A stretch of DNA of 64,000 bases from an uncultured delta proteobacterium (GCA_963798485.1 CAWCTR010000007.1:32001-96000), one strand, 5' to 3'. Positions 13,957 through 24,896 are shown, counted from the stretch's first letter. The notes: generated by a model not told the origin, from the letters alone. A program made the numbers and translations.

Positions 13957-14544
13957 ATGGCACCCTCATTCATGGCCGGAATTCCGGCGCTCAAAGATCT
14001 CAATCTCGACCTCAGGCGGCGGATGGACCAGGCAGTGGCCACGTTCCAGGCCAGCCTGGCTTCCACACGCACCGGCCGCGCCAGCGTGCACATGGTCGAC
14101 CAGGTCAAGGTGGACTACTACGGTACCCCAACCCCCATCAGCCAGATGGCGCAGGTCTCCGCGCCCGAGGCGCAGCTGATTCTGATCTCGCCCTGGGACC
14201 CCACCGTCCTGAAAGACATGGAGAAAGCCATCCAGTCCGCAGACCTGGGCCTCAACCCCATCTCTGACGGCAAGGTGCTGCGGATTCCAGTGCCGCCCAT
14301 GACCGAGGACCGCCGCCGCGATGTCTGCAAGCACATCAACAAGGTACTTGAAGAACATCGCACCGCCGTCCGCAACGTGCGCCGCGATGGCAACGATGCC
14401 CTGAAGAAACTGGCCAAAGACAAGAAGATCGGCGAGGACGAAGAAAAGCGCGCTCTTGAAGAAGTGCAAAAGATGACCGACGAAGAGATTCGCCGCATGG
14501 AAGAGCTCTCGCGCAAAAAAGAAGCCGAAGTTATGCAGGTGTGA
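13957..14544 (+). CDS. frr: ribosome recycling factor
   Basis: RTGRAS, VDYYGTPTPI, DLGLNP, PPMTEDRR, VRNVRRD; RBS aggagg. Confidence 0.96.
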   Translation: MAPSFMAGIPALKDLNLDLRRRMDQAVATFQASLASTRTGRASVHMVDQVKVDYYGTPTPISQMAQVSAPEAQLILISPWDPTVLKDMEKAIQSADLGLNPISDGKVLRIPVPPMTEDRRRDVCKHINKVLEEHRTAVRNVRRDGNDALKKLAKDKKIGEDEEKRALEEVQKMTDEEIRRMEELSRKKEAEVMQV

Positions 14545-14679
14545 CGATCGGCAACGGTCTCATAAACCTTCTTCAAGAATATTCCCACACCGAGGATTCC
14601 TGCGGCCCAGCTCCTGACTCCACGCGTGTGTCATCAGTCGAGCCAGCAGCCTAATCCCGGCTTGAAGGGACAGAGAAGA

Positions 14680-16206
14680 ATGTCAGTTCGATCGAAGTTG
14701 CTTACCCTGGCAATCGTGGTTGTTTATGCGGTCGCGATGGTGAGCACGAATGGCATTTTCACCATTCTCGACGATGAAAGCACCATCATTTCAATGGCCA
14801 GTAGTCCCGTGCTGCCCACCGTGCAGTTGTATCTTCACGGCGGCTCCGTCAACGAGCATCCGCCGGCATCTGACATCCTGCTGCACGGCTGGATGGTTGC
14901 TACGGGATACTCATTCGCGGCCCTTCGCATCTTTGCCAACATCTTCTATATTCTCGGCACTTTGTTCCTGGCACTTTCGGCGTATCGGCTCGCGGGAATC
15001 AGGGCCTACTGGGCAGCCCTCGTCCTCTCGTTCGCGTGGCCTTTTGCCTTCCAGTACGGGCGCATCACAGGCTGGTATTGCTGCAGCTTCTTCCTTGTGG
15101 CGCTGGCAACATGGCTCTATCTTGAGATTCTCGATGGGCGCGGCTACGGCTGGTGGGCCGTATTCACAGCAGCCGCCATTCTGATGGTATGGACCAACTA
15201 TTTTGGGGTCGCCACCTTGCTGTTGCTGCTCCTGGACCTTCTTTTCTTCCATCCGGCATTCGCACGCAAGAACAGAACGGCTCTTTTGCTCTCCATCGCT
15301 GCGGTTGTTTTGAGTTTCCTTCCCTTTTTCCTGGTTGTGATCGACGATCTTGGATCACATGCCATGGGCGTGCACTCCGGAGTCGATTGGAAGGCGATGA
15401 TCGCCGAAGTTGGCTATCCTCTGTTCTCCATCTTCGGCTCGGTCGCGGTCGCGCCGTGGTATCTGCCCCTCAGCATTCCTGTTTTTGCAGCCACCATCGC
15501 TCTACTCATATCCATCTGGTGCAGCCCCGGACGCAGATGGCTGGTTTATCTCGGTCTATCGGTGGTTCTTCTAGAACTCAGCGGGCAAACCAACGTGAAG
15601 CGCGTACTCTTTCTGCTCCCGTGGTTATTTGTCGCCATGATTCTGGCCGCACTTGGAAAGGCCGCCAGATACCCGAGGCTCGCGTGGGCCGCAATCGTTA
15701 CCCTGGTCGTTGCAGGCTGGATCGGCATCATCTCAGGCAGGCACTACGCGACGGCCAACCTCTATGAGCCGTGGAAAAACGTCGCGCAGGTAGTGGCTGG
15801 TAACGCGCGCGCCGGAGATACCGTCATCAGCGACAGTTTTCCGTTCTTCTTTTACATGAACTATCAGCTAGGCCTTGAGCGGGAGACCCAGGCAGACAGC
15901 GGGTCAGACCTGACGGCTGGCGTGTACCGATCTCATGGATACAGGATCCTCGAGCCGGACGGAGAGGAGCAATGGCTTGACGGTCTCAAGGGCAAGGTCG
16001 TGCTCGTGAGCGGCGCAGCATATCTTGACGAGGTTCAATGGATGGCATCTTTGAACGATCGTTTGCATCAGCGATGCAGTGTCCAGGGTGAATATCGGGC
16101 TGTTCCAGACCCTGCGCTTGAGTTCAAGGCGAAATTTGCAAAAGACGCGCCCGCGCTCGCGTATCGCGTTGACGTGACCTGGTTCGATTGTTCCGGCTTA
16201 ATGTGA
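14680..16206 (+). CDS. multi-pass membrane protein, GT-C/PMT_2-like glycosyltransferase
   Basis: DDE motif after TM1, HPP motif, about 10 TM helices and a soluble C-terminal domain. Confidence 0.6.
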   Translation: MSVRSKLLTLAIVVVYAVAMVSTNGIFTILDDESTIISMASSPVLPTVQLYLHGGSVNEHPPASDILLHGWMVATGYSFAALRIFANIFYILGTLFLALSAYRLAGIRAYWAALVLSFAWPFAFQYGRITGWYCCSFFLVALATWLYLEILDGRGYGWWAVFTAAAILMVWTNYFGVATLLLLLLDLLFFHPAFARKNRTALLLSIAAVVLSFLPFFLVVIDDLGSHAMGVHSGVDWKAMIAEVGYPLFSIFGSVAVAPWYLPLSIPVFAATIALLISIWCSPGRRWLVYLGLSVVLLELSGQTNVKRVLFLLPWLFVAMILAALGKAARYPRLAWAAIVTLVVAGWIGIISGRHYATANLYEPWKNVAQVVAGNARAGDTVISDSFPFFFYMNYQLGLERETQADSGSDLTAGVYRSHGYRILEPDGEEQWLDGLKGKVVLVSGAAYLDEVQWMASLNDRLHQRCSVQGEYRAVPDPALEFKAKFAKDAPALAYRVDVTWFDCSGLM

Positions 16207-16218
16207 CGCGGGTGACGG

Positions 16219-17268
16219 CTACCTGGCCGCCACTCGCTGGCGATACGCATCTAGTACCGACCGTCCGACTCCCCAGATCAGCTGCAAGACCACGATTGCA
16301 ATAATGATTGACACTGCCTGGAAAACACCTTTGTTCGCCGACGCCAGGGTCGCGCCATGGGCCGCCTCATCCGCAGCCGGATTCTTGAGCAGAAACAGTA
16401 TGTGGTTCGGGGCCGCGAGCAACACGCACAATGGAACCAGCGAGAGAACCTGCATCACCAGTTGCCGCACGCGGTTCGGCGGCCGCTGCCATGCGCCACG
16501 TGCCAGGTCAACGATGCGCCACGTCAGCTCGAACGCGTTCAGGCAGACCAGGCACAAGTAGAACGTCCACCAAACCGGCGCAAGTTGGTACGGCAGGGAA
16601 CCGAGGTAGCATGCTCCGGGCCCGAAGAGCAGGAACGGGTAGTGCGGGACCAACAGAATCCACGCAAACATCACGCAGCCGAAGAACACTTCGAGGAAGG
16701 TCCGCGTAAAGCTCCGCGGCTTTGCCCATCCGCCGGCATCCGCGCCAACCGGGGGCAGATCAAGCGGCGTCCACGACGCGGTCATCGGCTCGGTTATGAG
16801 CCCAACCCCGTGGAACGTCTCCGGAAAAAATGCGCGAATCAGTTCGATCGCCGCAAAGATCAGCGTGACCACCCCCGCGCTGATCAGCCAGATCTGGGGC
16901 AAGCGCAAAGCCGCTCGCAGAACGCCTTCGCCGCCGAGGTTGTTCGCCGCAATCGCCACGGCATTCGCTATGGCAAAAATCACCGTCGCCCACATTAGCA
17001 CCAGCCGCAGCACGAACGAGTAAGTTGGAAATATTGCGGGACCGATCAGATACTGCTGCCGCTGATAGCGCGCGGCCACCTGGATGGGTGGTCCGATCTG
17101 CTTGAGCCACTCCTCAGCTTCTTCTTTCTTCAGCGGTCGGCCGAGCTCCGCTTCCTTGTCTTCGAGTTGAGCCTCGAGATTGGCGCGCAGTTCAGCGGCG
17201 ATATCGTCCTGCCGCTGCCAGGGCAGGTGTTTCTTTACTGCTAAAAGGTAACGATCGAGGAGTTCCAA
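16219..17268 (-). CDS. PadR-associated membrane protein (HAAS-like N-terminus)
   Basis: LLDRYLLAVKKHLP...DDIAAELRANL...GPPIQVAARY followed by TM helices; TTG start with GGAGGA RBS. Confidence 0.75.
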   Translation of the reverse strand: MELLDRYLLAVKKHLPWQRQDDIAAELRANLEAQLEDKEAELGRPLKKEEAEEWLKQIGPPIQVAARYQRQQYLIGPAIFPTYSFVLRLVLMWATVIFAIANAVAIAANNLGGEGVLRAALRLPQIWLISAGVVTLIFAAIELIRAFFPETFHGVGLITEPMTASWTPLDLPPVGADAGGWAKPRSFTRTFLEVFFGCVMFAWILLVPHYPFLLFGPGACYLGSLPYQLAPVWWTFYLCLVCLNAFELTWRIVDLARGAWQRPPNRVRQLVMQVLSLVPLCVLLAAPNHILFLLKNPAADEAAHGATLASANKGVFQAVSIIIAIVVLQLIWGVGRSVLDAYRQRVAAR

Positions 17269-17285
17269 GGTGATTCCTCCATTTC

Positions 17286-17615
17286 TTAGAGAAGGTTGTT
17301 GATGGATGTGTTGATGGCGCTCCACTCTTCCAACAAGCGTTGAAAGATCTGTTCACCGTCGCTTGAGAGCCGGTAGAAGCGCTTGTTCCGTTTTTCTTCC
17401 TCGCGCCATTCGCTGGTGAGCAGTCCCTGCGTCTCAAGCCGCCGAAGCAACGGATAAAGCGTGCTTTCATCGATTTCCATGCCACGCCCAGCCAGCGCCT
17501 TGCGCAGCGTGTATCCGTAGTGTTCCTGCTTGAGTTGCGCGAGAACAGCCAGTGTCAGGCAGCCCCGCCGCAGCTCCAGACGAAGGTTTTCAAAGAGGTT
17601 TTCCGTCAAAGTCAT
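17286..17615 (-). CDS. PadR-family transcriptional regulator
   Basis: ELRRGCLTLAVL...YGY...STLYPLLRRLETQGLL...KRFYRLS. Confidence 0.92.
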   Translation of the reverse strand: MTLTENLFENLRLELRRGCLTLAVLAQLKQEHYGYTLRKALAGRGMEIDESTLYPLLRRLETQGLLTSEWREEEKRNKRFYRLSSDGEQIFQRLLEEWSAINTSINNLL

Positions 17616-17639
17616 CCTGCGCCTCACACACTGTACACA

Positions 17640-17672
17640 ATACACTGTATGACACACAGTGTATGTTGTCAA
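17640..17672 (-). promoter_or_regulatory. sigma70 promoter of padR overlapped by a perfect 9-bp inverted repeat (probable PadR operator)
   Basis: minus strand TTGACA(17672-17667)-N17-TACAGT(17649-17644); ATACACTGT-N7-ACAGTGTAT at 17640-17664; extra ACACTGTA copy at 17628-17635. Confidence 0.75.
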
Positions 17673-17847
17673 GTATATTTTGCGTGCAATCGGCTGCTTG
17701 CGCGACGATACGGACCTTCGGCTATTCCTTTTATGCCTGCGGATGAAACGGAATCGCTGCCCGCCTTGCTCGGAGCAAATCAGCAAGTCACTCCGTCAAA
17801 ATGTTTTAGCTTTTGTCACGCTGGCTTTGAGAAGCGGCGCAGCCTTT

Positions 17848-18958
17848 CTAAATTCCGCGGCCGCGGAAGAGATAGAAAAGCTCGATCAGCAGGATTAAAA
17901 CGACCACAACTTCGAGGAAGAACCCCCGGGCATGGTTGAATTGTTCCACCATGTCTTGATAGAGGTCTTCAGCAGTTTTCATTTTCTTCGCGACCAGGTC
18001 CTTGTAATCAGGAACGCCAACCCTGGCTGCGGCCAGCCGATAAAGACGCGCGGCAAACATATCGCTGAGAAATTTGATTGAATTGTCGGCGCGCTCCGTT
18101 AATTCACCAATTTCGAGCAGAATTGAGTGCAGGCGGGTTGCGGAACGGGACATACGCCATCGCGAAAGCATCCCCTTTTTCCGCTCCAGCGACAGGTAGA
18201 CGTTATCCAGTACGCCCGTGAGCAGCTCATCGTAGTGACGGAATTCCAAGAGCTGCGAGTTGGCGTATTCGAGCAGCTGAATGGCTGTTTCCGCTCCCGC
18301 ATTGCTGTCATAAAGGAATGCGGCGTTCCAGCCAATCACGGTGAGGTCGTTCTCATAGTACGAAATGCGCGACTGCAGGACTTCAGCACATTCGCCTTCC
18401 GACAGGCGAAGCTTGTCTCCGCGAACGATCTGGGCAATTTCGCGGCCGTGATCGCGGGTGAGGTCGGCAGCCGAGGGCGTTCCAGCCTCTTCGCGCACAT
18501 GGAAGATGAAGTAGTCTTCGCTGAGCCAGCGGGCATAGGGCTTTACCTGCGCGCTTGCAGGCGCGTTCCAGGCGCTCGCGCACGATGGGCTCTACGCGGG
18601 TGACAAAATCCACGTCCCACACCCACTGGCTGGCCAGATGAACCAGGCTCTGCCAATCGCCTGAAAAGCTGAGCTGGTACAGGACGCTGACGACACCGTA
18701 GTCGTAGAACTTGATCTCTCCCTCAAGCCGCTCACCGCCTGCCAGGAGAAGAGGTTCAAGGGGTTCTACAACCGGCGGCCTGTGGTAACGCACATAGGTG
18801 GGCACCGAGTGCTTGGTTTTGGGTTGCTGCACCGTGCGGGCGTTCGCGGCCCGCTGCAGTTGGTCGAGACGGAGCTCTTCGCATACATCGAATTGGATCA
18901 GCACAAGGACCGAGCCGCAGACTGGAGATGGGCTCGACGATGGAGACGCGGCAGCCAT
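17848..18958 (-). CDS. RMD1/DUF155-like protein; frameshifted near ~18,550
   Basis: ORFs 18383-18958 and 17848-18498 join; YDYGVVSV motif and C-terminal LEVVVVLILLIE single TM resemble the RMD1/YagE family. Confidence 0.6.
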
Positions 18959-18975
18959 GTTTCCTATTGATGCGG

Positions 18976-20144
18976 CTACTTCTTCGGACGTTTATAGAAC
19001 GGGACCGGGACCTGCTTCGCCCTTACGGCATTGGCGCGGCACTGCACGATTACATCTTCTCCACTTGCCGCCACGCTTGCAGGCACCAACGCCATGGCGA
19101 TGTTGGTCTTGAGAAACGGCGCGGGCGAGCCCGAGGTGACAGTGCCGATTTTTTCCCCGCTCAACGACAGCACGTCGTACCCGTCCCGCCCGATGCCGCG
19201 GTCGACCATCTCGAGCCCCACGATCCTGCGCTTTGGTCCGCCTGCAGCCTGCATAGCCAGCAAGGCATCGCGCCCTATGAAGTTTCCCTTGTCCAACTTG
19301 AGCCAGCGGTCGAGCCCGCCCTCAAACACATTGATTTCCTCGGAGATTTCGTGGCCGTAGAGGCTCATGCCGGCCTCAAGCCGCAGTGTGTTGCGCGCGC
19401 CAAGCCCGCAGGGGCGAATGCCGAACTCCGCGCCCGCTTCGAGAAGGGCTTCCCACATCTTCACGGTGGTTGGCTCGTCGGCGGGAATGTAGACCTCGAA
19501 TCCGTCTTCTCCTGAATAGCCGGTGCGCGCGATCAGCACATTGGGAATGCCCGCCACGGTGCCCCACGTGAACCAGTAGTTCTTGATTGCGGCCAGGTCC
19601 ACCTTGGTCAGTTTCTCAGGGTCTCCAGCGCGCGCGGACCCTGCAAGGCAAGTTGCGAATAGTAGCTGGAGTAGTCGCTGATGTGGATCGACGGGAAACT
19701 GCCGACCTGCTTGCGAATCCAGGCGTAGTCCTTGTCCTTCGTTCCGGCATTCACCACCAGCAGGTAGTCGTTCTGGCTGAGCCGGTGAACGAGGATGTCG
19801 TCAACAAAAGTGCCTGCGGGCGTGAGTAGCGCGGAGTAGTGCGCCTGTCCGTCCTTCAGCTTTGACGCGTCGTTCATGGTGATGTGCTGAATGGCAGCCA
19901 GCGCGCCCGGTCCGCGAAACTGGATCTCGCCCATGTGGCTCACGTCGAAGAGGCCAACGCCGGTGCGTACGGCTATGTGCTCGGCGATCAGGCCTCCGCC
20001 GGGGCCTGGATACTCGACCGGCATATCCCATCCGCCGAAGTCCACCATCTTTGCCTTGAGAGCGCGATGCGTGGCGTTGAGGGCGGTCTTCTTGAGAGGC
20101 GTTGAAGCGGCTGCTTCTTGTGCGGGCGTGACTGGCGTCGACAT
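18976..20144 (-). CDS. gcvT: glycine cleavage system aminomethyltransferase T; frameshift near ~19,610
   Basis: MVDFGGWDMPVEY, GLFDVSHMGE, VVNAG, ALQGP, ARTGYSGEDGFE, GLGARNTLRLEAG..LYG, VTSG. Confidence 0.95.
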
Positions 20145-20277
20145 GGTCACATTCCTTTCGGGAGTCTTCCTTCTTCACGATAGGTTGGGGAGGCGGCGGG
20201 GTCAAACCGGGCTCGCAGATGAAAAGGACCGTCGGGACCGCCGGGAGCAGGACGCCAGCGCGCAATAGAATGAGGGC

Positions 20278-20448
20278 ATGAACCAGTTTCGAGGCGTCCT
20301 GATGCTGCTGGCCGCGGGTGTGGCATTCTGGCGCGGTTGGCAGATCCATGTCGGACACAACGCTCTCCTGGCGTACGCACTCTCTGCAGTCGCGCTGGGC
20401 CTGGCCGTCTGGCACCTAACGCGCAAGCCCGATAAGCCGCGCGTGTGA
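20278..20448 (+). CDS. small 2-TM membrane protein (56 aa, absent from the ORF track)
   Basis: hand translation: MNQFRGVLMLLAAGVAFWRGWQIHVGHNALLAYALSAVALGLAVWHLTRKPDKPRV*; gaggg upstream. Confidence 0.6.
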   Translation: MNQFRGVLMLLAAGVAFWRGWQIHVGHNALLAYALSAVALGLAVWHLTRKPDKPRV

Positions 20449-20490
20449 GCTGAACTCAATCCGCGATCCGGCTGCTTTCGCGAGGACCTA

Positions 20491-21127
20491 ATGAAGTTGA
20501 CGCATACGCTGTACAACCGTATTCAGGGCCGCAGCGTCGATCGGCTGGCGGCTTTGAGTGACGGCATCTTTGCCGTGGCCATGACGCTGCTGGTGCTCGA
20601 TCTTCATCTCCCCTCGACGGCCCAGGTGCATGGCGAGCGGGAACTCCTTTATGCGCTGGGCGCGCTGGGGCCACAGTGGATTGCCTATCTGATGAGTTTC
20701 CTCACCCTCGGCATCTTCTGGGCCGGTCAGCAGACGCAGTTGAATCACTTCGGCGAAGGTAATCGCGATCTCACCTGGATCCACCTCGGGTTTCTTTTCG
20801 CCATAACCCTCCTGCCGCTTTCCACGCGTCTGCTGGCCGACTTCATTACTTACCGGTCTGCGCTGGGCATATACTGGCTCAATATTTTTGTTGCCGGCGC
20901 CATGCTCTATTGGAGTTGGAAATATGCAACAAAGGCCGGCCTCATCAAGGAAGATACTCCGGCCGAGGTGCGCGGCCAGCATCTGCAAACGGGTGGTGAT
21001 TGCCCAGTCGTTTTATGCGGCCGGCGCGGCGCTTTGCGTGATCAACACCTGGGTCAGTATCGCGGCTATTGTGCTGGTGCAATTGAACTACGCCATCGCC
21101 CCACGCCTTTTTAGGCATAAGGAATAA
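20491..21127 (+). CDS. TMEM175-family (DUF1211) potassium channel-like protein; frameshift near ~20,975
   Basis: RLAALSDGIFAVAMTLLVLDL, YLMSFLTLGIFW, LLPLST. Confidence 0.85.
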
Positions 21128-21177
21128 CCCGGATTAGCCACTGCGCACCCCCCAGGATGAGTGCTAGGCTGGCGGGA

Positions 21178-21759
21178 ATGGAATTCAGCTACAAACTGAC
21201 GGAAGATGAGTTTATCCGCGGCGCTCGCCTGGAGCGCAAGGCCTCTTCCCGATCGAGCCTCAAGACCGCCTTGTTCTGGATGTCGATCATGGCCGGCCTT
21301 ATGATCCTCTTTGCCTCAATTCGGCCCAGAGATCATCAGGCGCCTGACACCGCCTCCGTCGCGGTTCTGAGCTCTGCGCAGCCCAGCCCCACAACCCCCG
21401 CTGGCAAAACAGCCGCCCTCCTGCAGCAGGCTGGCCCGTTTCTGGTCATTGCGGGATTGTGGATCCTTTTGGTGAAGGGACTTATTCCGTTGCGGCTCCG
21501 TTATCTCTACCGCAAAGACCCGCGCATGCATGCATTCTTCGTGGTCGAATTGACCGGGGATTCGATTTCCACGTACAACGCCGCGGGGACTTCCTCAAGA
21601 AGCGCATGGAATGTCTACGACGGTTGGTGCGAGCGCGAGGGGATCGTTGTGCTTATGTTTCACTCTGGCGCTTATTCCATTATGTCGCTCGCCGGGCTCT
21701 CGCCGCTTCAGCAGGACCAAGTACGCGGCATTCTCACAGCGGCGCTGCCTAGAAAATAA
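21178..21759 (+). CDS. YcxB-like membrane protein
   Basis: MEFSYKLTEDEF N-terminus, 2 TM, C-terminal PH-like domain (SRSAWNVYDGWCE). Confidence 0.65.
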   Translation: MEFSYKLTEDEFIRGARLERKASSRSSLKTALFWMSIMAGLMILFASIRPRDHQAPDTASVAVLSSAQPSPTTPAGKTAALLQQAGPFLVIAGLWILLVKGLIPLRLRYLYRKDPRMHAFFVVELTGDSISTYNAAGTSSRSAWNVYDGWCEREGIVVLMFHSGAYSIMSLAGLSPLQQDQVRGILTAALPRK

Positions 21760-21862
21760 ATCCGCCAAAACCATTACTCAAGTAACGCAACTCCATCGGT
21801 CAATTTGGGTTCATTTTGATACACCGGGCGAACTGCATGCCTGGGATCGAGAGGTAATCCCG

Positions 21863-22024
21863 TTGTTGACCACGACTTTAAACTCTTTGGTGGCAGTTCG
21901 GCTTGGCGGTTTCAGATTGATGCATGGCGTGGGACGCGATGGTTTCGGTCCACTGCTGATCGGCCTCTCCATCGTTGGCGCTTTTATTTGGGCGCTGTCC
22001 CGTTTAACTGGGCGTCCAGTCTGA
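21863..22024 (+). CDS. possible small membrane protein (53 aa)
   Basis: gaggt RBS, TTG start, one hydrophobic helix (GPLLIGLSIVGAFIWALS). Confidence 0.35.
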   Translation: MLTTTLNSLVAVRLGGFRLMHGVGRDGFGPLLIGLSIVGAFIWALSRLTGRPV

Positions 22025-22052
22025 TTCCAGTCAGGCACGGGGAAGTTCCCGT

Positions 22053-22484
22053 CTACTTGCGATGCGCTCTCCAGAAGGAACTCACGCCAAGGTAGAAAAA
22101 AACTACAACCACGAGCGCTGTTACCAGGAACGTCCGATGATCGGGACCGTGGGCCCAGTTTGCTCTCATGCGCCAGAGATTCGGGGCAAACACCAGCACA
22201 GGCAAAAGGAAGAAGACGCCCGTCACTTCAAGCCAGAGGATGCCACCCACGCGCTGAAAAGGCTTCAGGAAACCGCCAACGCCGCGGGCGACTCCGCTGC
22301 CCGCCTGAGCGGTAACGCGCCTGGCGGTTTGCTCCGCATTCTGGACTCTGGCCGCCGGACTCGCAGACTGCTGTTGCTGCCCGGACACCGCGGCTTGGGT
22401 CGCGCCCGCCAGTTGCTGGCTCGCCATGCGCCCGGCAACGCGCAGTCCCGTACCAAGGACCCGCCCAATGATCTGTGGTCTCAT
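22053..22484 (-). CDS. hypothetical membrane protein
   Basis: MRPQIIGRVLGTGLRVAG...ILWLEVTGVFF...LGVSSFWRA; 2 TM. Confidence 0.65.
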   Translation of the reverse strand: MRPQIIGRVLGTGLRVAGRMASQQLAGATQAAVSGQQQQSASPAARVQNAEQTARRVTAQAGSGVARGVGGFLKPFQRVGGILWLEVTGVFFLLPVLVFAPNLWRMRANWAHGPDHRTFLVTALVVVVFFYLGVSSFWRAHRK

Positions 22485-22644
22485 TCCGTTTATGATGGTA
22501 GCAGCGACGCGGGGTGAGACGCTTCTCGCCGTCCGCGGCCGCTTTCCGTTTGCGCCTGAGCGGATATGGCAGTAAGGTAAAGAAATCTCACGCCGCAACC
22601 CGCGCTTTTCATGCTTGCGCCGGCCGCCGCTCATGGAGGTATCT

Positions 22645-22958
22645 GTGACATCCCGTCTGCGCGAACTCATTCAGCAACTGGGCGAGGCCATCCACGAGTC
22701 GGTCATTGAAAGCGAACAAATTGCCGGAGTTGTCCAGGATATCCGCAAGCACGGATTCGATGTGCTGCTCATGCTCGAAGCCACCATCGGTTTGAACGAA
22801 GTTGCGGCCAAGGAAGCCGAAGCTGCCGCCAGCAGCGGATCTGCGGATAAAGATGGCCGGCCGGCGAATTTACCCCCAACGACCTGCACTTTCTACGCTC
22901 CCTGCGGATTTCCGTCGAGGGCGAAGAAGAAGGCGCTGCAGAGAACGACACCGAGTAG
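22645..22958 (+). CDS. small acidic hypothetical protein; frameshift near ~22,860
   Basis: RBS ggaggt then GTG; SRLRELIQQLGEAIHESVIESE...LMLEATIGL continues in another frame as FTPNDLHFLRSLRISVE...*. Confidence 0.6.
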
Positions 22959-23006
22959 CCGTACCAGCACATGGAGTTTCTGTTTCGCGGCAGGTCTGCT
23001 GGAAAA

Positions 23007-24884
23007 TCAGCTCTTCAGCGCCACACGAATGTGCAATTCCTTTAGCTGGTGCTCGCTTACCGAGGTGGGCGCGTCGGCCATCAGGTCGATCGCCTTTGCC
23101 GTCTTGGGGAACGCAATCACTTCGCGCAGGCTCGGCGCGCCGGCCAGCAACATCACGATTCGGTCAAGACCAAGGGCGATACCGCCGTGCGGCGGCGTGC
23201 CGTATTCCAACGCATCGAGAAAGAAGCCAAAACGCGCATGCGCTTCCTCGTCTGAGATTCCCAACGACTTGAAGATCTGCTGCTGCACGTCCTTGCGGTG
23301 AATACGAATCGAGCCCGAGCCCAGCTCCATGCCGTTCATGGCCAGGTCGTAGCAGTTGGCGCGCACGCTGGCAGGGTCGCTCACCAGGTTGGCCATGTCT
23401 GCCTCGTACGGTGAGGTAAATGGATGATGCGCAGGCACCCACTTGGCTGAGGCCAACTCGTACTCGAACATCGGGAAGTCGACGATCCAGATCGGATGGA
23501 AAGCAGTGCTGCCGTCCATCGGGTTTTGCGCGTTGCGCTCGTGCGCGTCCACAACCGTTTGCTCGGTCACGCCAAAGGCCCCGTGCCGGTCGGCATACTT
23601 CTTCGACAGCTCAGTGCGGAAGTTGCCCGCAGCCGAATAAACATTGATCTCGCGCTCGCTCAGCCGCCCTTCGAACTTGGTGTCGCTGGCCTTGACGTGA
23701 TGCGCCGGATCGCCAGCCACAACAATCACGAAATCGCCATCGGCCGCGCCGGCAAGCTCGCGCACCTTGGCCGCCGCTTCAGGGAAGCCCTTGGCGAGCC
23801 GCTTGAAGTCGTCGATGAACTTTGCGCCCTTCTTCTGATCGAAGAGCGGCCAATTGTCTTCGCGCTCTTTGCGGCTCAGTTCGCCAACCTTGGGAACGCG
23901 CAGTGCCACCACCGGAAGCGCTGGATCAATCTGCAATGTGGCAAGATTCTCATCCGTAAATGCAGGCCGCACGTCTGTCAATCCGGGCAGACGAAGGTCC
24001 GGCTTGTCGGTGCCGAACTGGCGCATCGCGTCGTCGTAGGTAATCCGCGGAAAGGGCGTAGGTATCGTGACGCCTGCGGCCTTGAAGCCCGCCGCCAGAA
24101 ACTGTTCCACCACGGCAAACACATCCTCGCGCCTAGGGAAGCTCATCTCCAGGTCAACCTGCGTGAACTCAAGCTGGCGGTCGGCGCGCAAATCCTCATC
24201 GCGGAAGCAGCGCGCAATCTGAAAGTAGCGATCGCAGCCCGAGATCATGAGAATCTGCTTGAAGATCTGCGGCGACTGCGGCAGCGCGTAGAATTCACCG
24301 GGATGCACGCGGCTGGGCACCAGGAAGTCGCGCGCGCCCTCTGGTGTTGACTTGGTCAGAATAGGCGTCTCGATCTCAAGAAAGCCCTGGTCACTCAGGC
24401 TCTCGCGGATGGCGAGTGTAATGTCGTGGCGCAGGCGGAAGTTGCGCTGCATCTCAGGACGGCGCAGATCAACATAGCGGTACTTGAGCCGGACTTCCTC
24501 GTTCTGGATGGCCTCTTCGGCAGGGGAAAACGGCGCCAGGCGCGCGTCGTTCAATACGAGCAGCTGGGTCGCCTCGATCTCGATTTCGCCGGTCGGCATT
24601 TTGGGATTGGTGGCGTCGGCGCCGCGCAGGCGCACCTTGCCCACGGCGGCAACCACGTATTCCGGCCGCACCTGCTCGCCCTTCAGATGACCTTCGGGAG
24701 TCAGTTCCTTGTCCAGAACAATCTGGGCGATTCCGGAGCGGTCGCGCAGATCGAGAAAGATCAGGTTGCCGTGGTCGCGGCGCCGGTTAACCCAGCCCAT
24801 CAATACCACTTGTTGCCCGGCGTTAGCGGCGCGCAAGTCGCCGCAATGATGCGTCCGTTCGAGACTGCCTAAAAAATCGAGCAC
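23007..24884 (-). CDS. aspS: aspartate--tRNA ligase
   Basis: RTHHCG, GWVNRRRDHG..FLDLRD, STPEGARDF, LPQSPQ, CFRDEDLRADRQ.EFTQ, PPHGGIALGLDR. Confidence 0.98.
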   Translation of the reverse strand: MLDFLGSLERTHHCGDLRAANAGQQVVLMGWVNRRRDHGNLIFLDLRDRSGIAQIVLDKELTPEGHLKGEQVRPEYVVAAVGKVRLRGADATNPKMPTGEIEIEATQLLVLNDARLAPFSPAEEAIQNEEVRLKYRYVDLRRPEMQRNFRLRHDITLAIRESLSDQGFLEIETPILTKSTPEGARDFLVPSRVHPGEFYALPQSPQIFKQILMISGCDRYFQIARCFRDEDLRADRQLEFTQVDLEMSFPRREDVFAVVEQFLAAGFKAAGVTIPTPFPRITYDDAMRQFGTDKPDLRLPGLTDVRPAFTDENLATLQIDPALPVVALRVPKVGELSRKEREDNWPLFDQKKGAKFIDDFKRLAKGFPEAAAKVRELAGAADGDFVIVVAGDPAHHVKASDTKFEGRLSEREINVYSAAGNFRTELSKKYADRHGAFGVTEQTVVDAHERNAQNPMDGSTAFHPIWIVDFPMFEYELASAKWVPAHHPFTSPYEADMANLVSDPASVRANCYDLAMNGMELGSGSIRIHRKDVQQQIFKSLGISDEEAHARFGFFLDALEYGTPPHGGIALGLDRIVMLLAGAPSLREVIAFPKTAKAIDLMADAPTSVSEHQLKELHIRVALKS

Positions 24885-24896
24885 TACCTGTGTCCT

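Noticed and set aside
20145-20277. Glycine riboswitch upstream of gcvT
   Set aside because: The leader is short and lacks the GGAGA...CCGAAG...CTCAGG aptamer pattern.
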